A DNA stretch of 46,648 nt from Parvularia atlantis (lineage: Eukaryota): positions 1 through 46,648 of the forward strand of contig CALSCO010001169.1 of assembly GCA_943704415.1 (NCBI GenBank), written 5' to 3'. This document shows, one piece after another, positions 35,194 through 46,648 of this stretch (position 1 is the stretch's first letter; every line of letters starts with the position of its first letter). Position numbers and translations under genes: made by a program. A model generated the notes under the pieces. The model did no database searches. It worked only from the letters and a program-made list of their open reading frames with translations, and was not told the DNA's origin.

Positions 35194-38100
35194 TTACAGG
35201 TCGTTGTGCCGCGCGGGCGTCCACAGCCGCCCGTTGCCCATGACGCCGAGCATGGGCGCGGGGGCGGGGCGAACGGTCGGCTCAATGTGCTGCAGCACGC
35301 GGTCGAGCGGCCTGTAGACGAAAGCGTTCTCGCTGGCTGCGAAGACGCTGCCCGACCTCGGCTGCGGCTGCTTGCTTGAGCCGGTCTCCACCCTGAGGAT
35401 CAAGTCTTGTGTGTGCGGTCTCGAGTTGGCCGGCTGCTGCTGCTCCGGTCGCGGCCGTCGCGGTGGCGAGTGCGACGGCGACCGCTGTTGCTGCTGCCGT
35501 TGTGGCGACGACCGCGGCGACGGCTGCGGCTGCTGCGATTCGGGCTTGTGCAGCAGCATTGGTGGCGACGACGGGAGCCGAAAGTGGAACTGCATCGGCG
35601 CCTGTTGAGGCGGCGACCGAGCCGCGTGCTGCTCGTACGGCGGCAGCGGCGGTCGCGGCTGTTGCGGCGACGTCAAGCGTTGTTGCGGCTGTTGCGCCGG
35701 CGGTGACGGTAGAAGCAAGTCATTGGGCGTGAGCTTGAGCTTGGGTGGTCGACCGCGCGGCTGCCGCTGCTGCGGTCGTGGCGCCAGCTGCTGCTGTGCT
35801 GGTTGCGTTATCGTAGCCAGTCGCTCGGGCGGCTGCAGCATGGCCACGGGCGCGATGCCGTCGTGCCTGCGCACACCGGATCAGCCACGGAGCGGCGCAT
35901 GCAAACGCACACACACCTGCCACGTCCGCACCGCTTCTTGCGCCTCTTAGAGTTGAGCCCGGGCACAAACTCCTCGTCACTCGCCGAGTTGGGGCGCACA
36001 ACGTCCGCGTCGTCAAACAGCACAGCCGCCAGATCCTCGGCCGTCAGCGCATGCTCGTCCGGCTCCTTTGGCTCGCGCGCTGGCTGCAACTTGCGTCGGC
36101 CCCTCGCCGCGCCCCTGCCGCGCGGCGCGACCGGCTGCGCAACAACCGTGTGAGCGCTTCGCACGCGTCGGTCTCGGCGACACGCACCGCGTCCTCGTCC
36201 GAGTCGCCCTTGAGCAGGAACGACAGATCGATCTCGCTCGACTCCTGCACGCCCGAACCAGTCAGTGCGGCGGACGACGCTGAGCATGCGCACCGAAATC
36301 GCGGGCGACGTCGACCGGTGCCGCGGGCGACGCGCAGGTGGCGGCTCCTCCACTGCGACCACTGGGCTTGACGGGCCGCTCTTGACGCTGCCGTCGCTGC
36401 CCAACTCGTCGCCCGAGCGCAGCGCACTGCGCCGCCGCCGCCTGCCGGGCCGGACAGGGATGACAACCTCGCGCGCTGCGCGCAGCCAACGTGAGCGCCG
36501 CCGCAGTGCAGGGCAGGCCACTGCACGCACAGATGTCGTCCTCGGAGGAGCCGTACGGGACGATATCAACGGTGTAGCTGTGCCGCGCGGGGTGTTAGAC
36601 CTCCACGCGCACGGCCGGGCGCACGCCGCACGCGCACACTGGCTTTGACCCGCCGCGCGTCGATGTGCGCGTGCTGCGGCGCGCTTCGCTCGGTGCGGCC
36701 CGCTTGGACACGCGTCGGGTGCTCGGCGCGTCGCTCTCGCTCTCGTCGTCGGCAGAGAAGCGCTCATCGTCGCCGCTTTCCTCGTGGCCACGGCGGCCGC
36801 GCCGCCCGTTCTGCCTGTTTATGAGCCGGAAGAACTGCGAGTAGCTCGCGTGGCGCGCCGCGGCCCTGCAATGGAGCACAGCGGTCAGCACGCGCATTGA
36901 CAAGCGGACAGAAGCGCCGCACCGTCGCGAGCGCGTGCCGCCAGTGGCGCCGTTGGACTGCGCGTGCGCCGGCGCTGCCTCCTCGTCGTCCTGATCCTCG
37001 AACCCGACATCGCTCAGCAGGCGCGCTGGCCTGAGTGGCGCCGTGGTGTGACCCTCAGACACGTCGCTGTCGGCGTCCTCATCGTCCTCCGAGCTGTGAC
37101 CGGCGATCGATGCAGCTGGCGCGGCCGCGGGCACGTCATTCTCTGCGCAACAGAACGGTGAGAAAGGCAGCATGCGGCAAAACGCCGCGCTTTGCTCGCA
37201 CTCGGCACGTCGACCTTGAGCTCCTCTGCGATGAGGCGCAGCTTCGCCTCGGCGTCGTCTGTCGCGCCGATCGACACCCGTGTCGATGTCTTAGAGTTGA
37301 CCAGATTCATCAGATTGCGATTGCAGTGCCCGCGAATCTTAAACAAGTAGAGCGGCTCGCGGTTCTCTGGCGGGCCACATGTCCTGCGGTGCGTCGCCGA
37401 TGAGCGCCTCTGTTGCAAAGCGCAACAGACAGACACACCTGTTGAGCAGCAACAAGTGCTGTGCCGTGAAACCGCGCCGCAGCTTGCCAAAGAACGCAGA
37501 CCTTGTGGAGGCGCTCGGGTCGCGGATCAGACGGTCAGCCGCGATGGCGAGAGCGTCCGCGTCCGTGACCTTGGACGTGATCGACATCTTGTCGTTAATG
37601 ATCTCGGCGAGACGCTTCAGCGTGCGGGCGCGCCACGAGTTCAAAAACTCGGCGTTGTTGTCGCTGTGTGCGCCGTGATCAGTGCGCCATCGCAAGCGGG
37701 AGGCGCATGAAAGCGTTACGCACCGAGGGGTCGGACATTCGCGTGCACGGCTCGCTAGCTCAGGCGGCACGGCCGACGACCGCAGCGGCAGGCTGGTGCG
37801 GGCGCTGAGCGCGGCCGCGAGCTCTGGCAGCGTCTGCTCGACGAGCTTGGAGGCGAGCGCGCGCGCCTGCGGGCTGGTGGCGGCCGCGAGCTGCGCCGAC
37901 AGCGCAGCGATCTCGGCGGCCGAGTCGGCGGCCTGCTCACGCGATGAGCACGCGCAGCAGGCCCCGCGCGCAAGCGCACCACAGCCCACGGCTCGCCGCT
38001 GTCGACGTAGACGCCGTCACGGTAGACGCGCGACGAGTGCGCTGGTGGCACGGCTCAGCACGTCGAGCGCGATCGCACACGCGCGCAGACGCACCGCCAA

Positions 38101-38905
38101 AGTGCCAGTACAGGTACCCGTCATCGTCCGCGCCGAGCGGCACCGGCATCATCTGCGCACGCAGCACAGCGAGTGAGCTGTCGGCGGCGAGTAGCAGCAC
38201 CGGACGCGCACTGCGAGCGCGGCATCGCGGTTGGCGACGTGCTCCGACGCCGGATCCGACTCGTGCAGCACCCAGTCGCACAGCCAGCGCAGCACCTCCA
38301 CCTGGCGTCGCCGCACGCTCAGCACACACGGCCACGCAGCGAGGCACGACGCACGCGAGCGGCCGGCGTCAGGTCGAAGAAGTCGCCGTGGCCATCGAGC
38401 GGATCGCGCTCGATCTCGCCGGCCTCGACGTGCGCGCGCAGCACGCGCCGCAGCGCCTTGCGCCAGTTGCGCGCCGCACCGCGCCGCGGCACGAGCTCGG
38501 CCAGCAGCGCCTGCAGGATGTCGTGCAGCACGGCGCTGTCCTCGTCGACCTCGACCAGCGCCCCCTCCAGCTCCTGCCGCCGTCACTTCAGCCAGTTAAG
38601 TGCCCACAGCGCACAGCCCGCACCTTGACGTCAACGCGCGGCAGGCGCAGGACGCGCTCGAACGTCACGCAGAACGCGTGGACGACAGCGGTGGCGGGCG
38701 CGGCGCGGACGACGGCGAGGTGGGCGGCGCGCTCGGTTGCCTCGTCGCCGCTGGCCACGTCGCCAACGCCCGCGTCGCTGCCGTGGTCGTCCACAACGTC
38801 GTCCAAGCCGCCGTCTGAGCCGCCGCCGCTGCTGCTGCCGAGCTCCGCCCACGCGCGCCGCCGCCGTCGCCGCCGCCGCCGTGGCGCCACGTCCTGCTCC
38901 GCCAT
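35194..38905 (-). CDS. DDT/WHIM-motif chromatin protein (ISWI partner-like) with long low-complexity C-terminus (multi-exon)
   Basis: AVVHAFCVTFERVL..ELEGAL (DDT-like), FFDLTPAARVEVLRWLCDW (WHIM1-like), PLGADDDGYLYWHFG..RVYR (WHIM2-like), then acidic/basic and P/Q-rich segments. Continuity as one gene is inferred. Confidence 0.65.
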
Positions 38906-39007
38906 CTTGCGTGCGCCGCGGACCTAGCCACGCGCTCTGCCGCTAAACGGATGCATGACACTCTGCCACATTGCGTCCCGCATCATCAGCTGTCACGCGC
39001 TTGTCTG

Positions 39008-39944
39008 CTACACGGAGGGGACGGCGTCGACAGCGAGCGGCACAACGACGGCGAGGACCAGCAGCGCGGCAGCGGCCTGGAGGGCGAGCGCGACAAAGGC
39101 GCGAAGCGAGCCGTTGCGCACCTGGCGCGATTGCGGCGTGTCAGACGGGTGCGCGCAGGGTGAGACAGTGTGACGCACCGGGCCAACGACGCGGTGCAGG
39201 CCGAGCAGCATCGCCTCGCCCGCGAGCAGCAGCGGTAGTAGCGCCTTGATGTGTGCGCGCGCACGCACGAGATTCAGCGCGCGCGTTGCAGTGCACGAGG
39301 CACGCCGCACCAGCCCGAACGACGCGTCGGCCGGCAGCTCGCCGCGCAGCACGGTCGTCTGCGCCGCAACCCACTTGCCGCCGGACCGCGGCGGTGACAG
39401 CGCGCCCCACACGGCCGCAAAGTGCGCGAGCAGCAGCGCGAGCACGAGCAGCCACTGCGCCGCGACAAGCCAGCCTGGCACTGCGCACAACGGCGATCAG
39501 TGATCGACAAGGCAGCAGCGCGCCACGCACACAGCGCAGGTTGCGGCGACGGGCGCCGCTCCGGCACGACGCGGTCGAGCAGCTTGGCCCAAAGGCTGTC
39601 GGCGACGCCGTGGGCGGGCGTGGCCGCGTTGAGCCCGTGCGCCTGCATCGCTGCGCATGAACACGTCAGGTGCACACGAGAGACGGCGAGCAGCAATCAC
39701 CCGCGGCCGTCGACAGCTGCATCGTCCCGCGCGAGCGCAGGCCTGCCGTGCCCGGCGACGACGGCGACCGCGTCACTAGTGCGGGCTCGGGCGGGAAGTG
39801 CTCGGCGACGGCCTGCTCCTGCTGCTGCTGCTCCACTGGCTCGGCGGCGGCTGGTGCCGTCACGCCCGCGATGCGCGCCAGTCGGTCCTCGCCGCGCGCC
39901 AGGATGCGCTGCCTCCGGGCCTCGCGCGCCGCCGCATCGCTCAT
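39008..39944 (-). CDS. GET2/CAML-like tail-anchored protein insertion receptor (multi-exon)
   Basis: N-terminal REARRQRILARGEDRLARIAG matches the basic Get3-binding motif of Get2/CAML; three C-terminal hydrophobic segments. Confidence 0.72.
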
Positions 39945-40050
39945 CGTGTGTGTACGGTCACGCTGCTGGTTGGAATGGCAAGTGCGCTTGTACCGGCCCT
40001 TTTCGTCTCGACCCAAGCGAGCCACCCGCCTGCGGCGCGTCCCTCTGACC

Positions 40051-40836
<786 letters not shown>

Positions 40837-40978
40837 GGCGGCCGCAACAGGGCCGTGGTGGTGGTGGTGATGGCGTGTGGCTGTGTTTACCGTCCGCATG
40901 CTTGCTGGCGTGCATGTCTCGCGCGCGCGCGGGCATCGTTACAGTGTGTGCACAAACTTACGGCGAGCGGGCGCCCGC

Positions 40979-46134
<5,156 letters not shown>

Positions 46135-46565
46135 CGGCGGCGGCGAGAGCGAGGCGCTCGGCGCGACAGAAAAGTGACAGCGACGCAATGCAACGCCCGC
46201 CATGCCGGCTGCGGCCTGTCTGCGTTTGCGCGAGTCTCGGTCGTGCTGTCTCGGCGTGTGGCTGCTTCGTGCTCGTGCTGTCTCGGTGTGTGTGGCTGCT
46301 TCGCGCTCGTGCTGCATCGACGTGCGTGCTGCGTGCACGTTGATGTGCTCGTTGACCGTAGAGACCTTTTCGCGCTTTATGAAGCAAAGTACCCACTTCT
46401 CTCCATTTTCTCTCTTCCGTCTGCGCACTCTGCTCCAGTGAGCGATTCCGCTTTGTTTGCTTTTGCACAAAATGTTTGCAGTTCGGCTTTACAGGTGCGT
46501 ATCAAAGTGCGCGCCTTGTGTCTTTCCAACCATGATGAACCATCATGCTATTCTGGTCTGCAAGC

Positions 46566-46648
46566 ATGTCTGCATCAACGACCACACACGTGTTCCTATC
46601 AGGCAAGGAGATCCGCAAGCGCTATGGGGTCTCCAATACGACACTACA
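46566..46648 (+). mobile_element. Truncated ORF resembling the N-terminal MerR-type HTH of an IS607-family serine recombinase (TnpA)
   Basis: Translates MSASTTTHVFLSGKEIRKRYGVSNTTL and runs off the window end. It sits in AT-richer DNA and uses many A/T-ending codons, unlike the host genes. Only 27 codons are visible. Confidence 0.55.

Overview
Gene-dense, very GC-rich eukaryotic nuclear DNA with many short spliceosomal introns (mostly ~45-75 nt; donor GTGCGY, branch site like CTRAY/CTCAC, YAG acceptor), so the supplied ORF track fragments nearly every gene. Splicing by hand gives 14 protein genes in order: Rax2-like receptor with SH3 (+), ABCG half-transporter (-), dual hybrid histidine kinase (-), NUP205 (-), IQ-motif protein (+), SAMHD1-like dNTPase (+), RhoGAP (-), M20 amidohydrolase (+), intronless TRIM-like RING/B-box protein (-), organellar release factor 2 (+), DDT/WHIM chromatin protein (-), GET2/CAML-like insertase (-), RPS15 (+) and POLR3B (-). 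The last ~290 bp are AT-richer and end in a truncated ORF, absent from the ORF track, that resembles the N-terminal HTH of an IS607-type serine recombinase. This is the best lead, because such elements carry TnpB/Fanzor2 RNA-guided nucleases. Other notable points: many GC-AG introns, a retained RF2, CDK/cyclin motifs plus an E2F/CHR-like element at SAMHD1, and very short intergenic spacers. The gene mix suggests a unicellular opisthokont relative (inference only). Coordinates are hand-derived and several start codons are uncertain.
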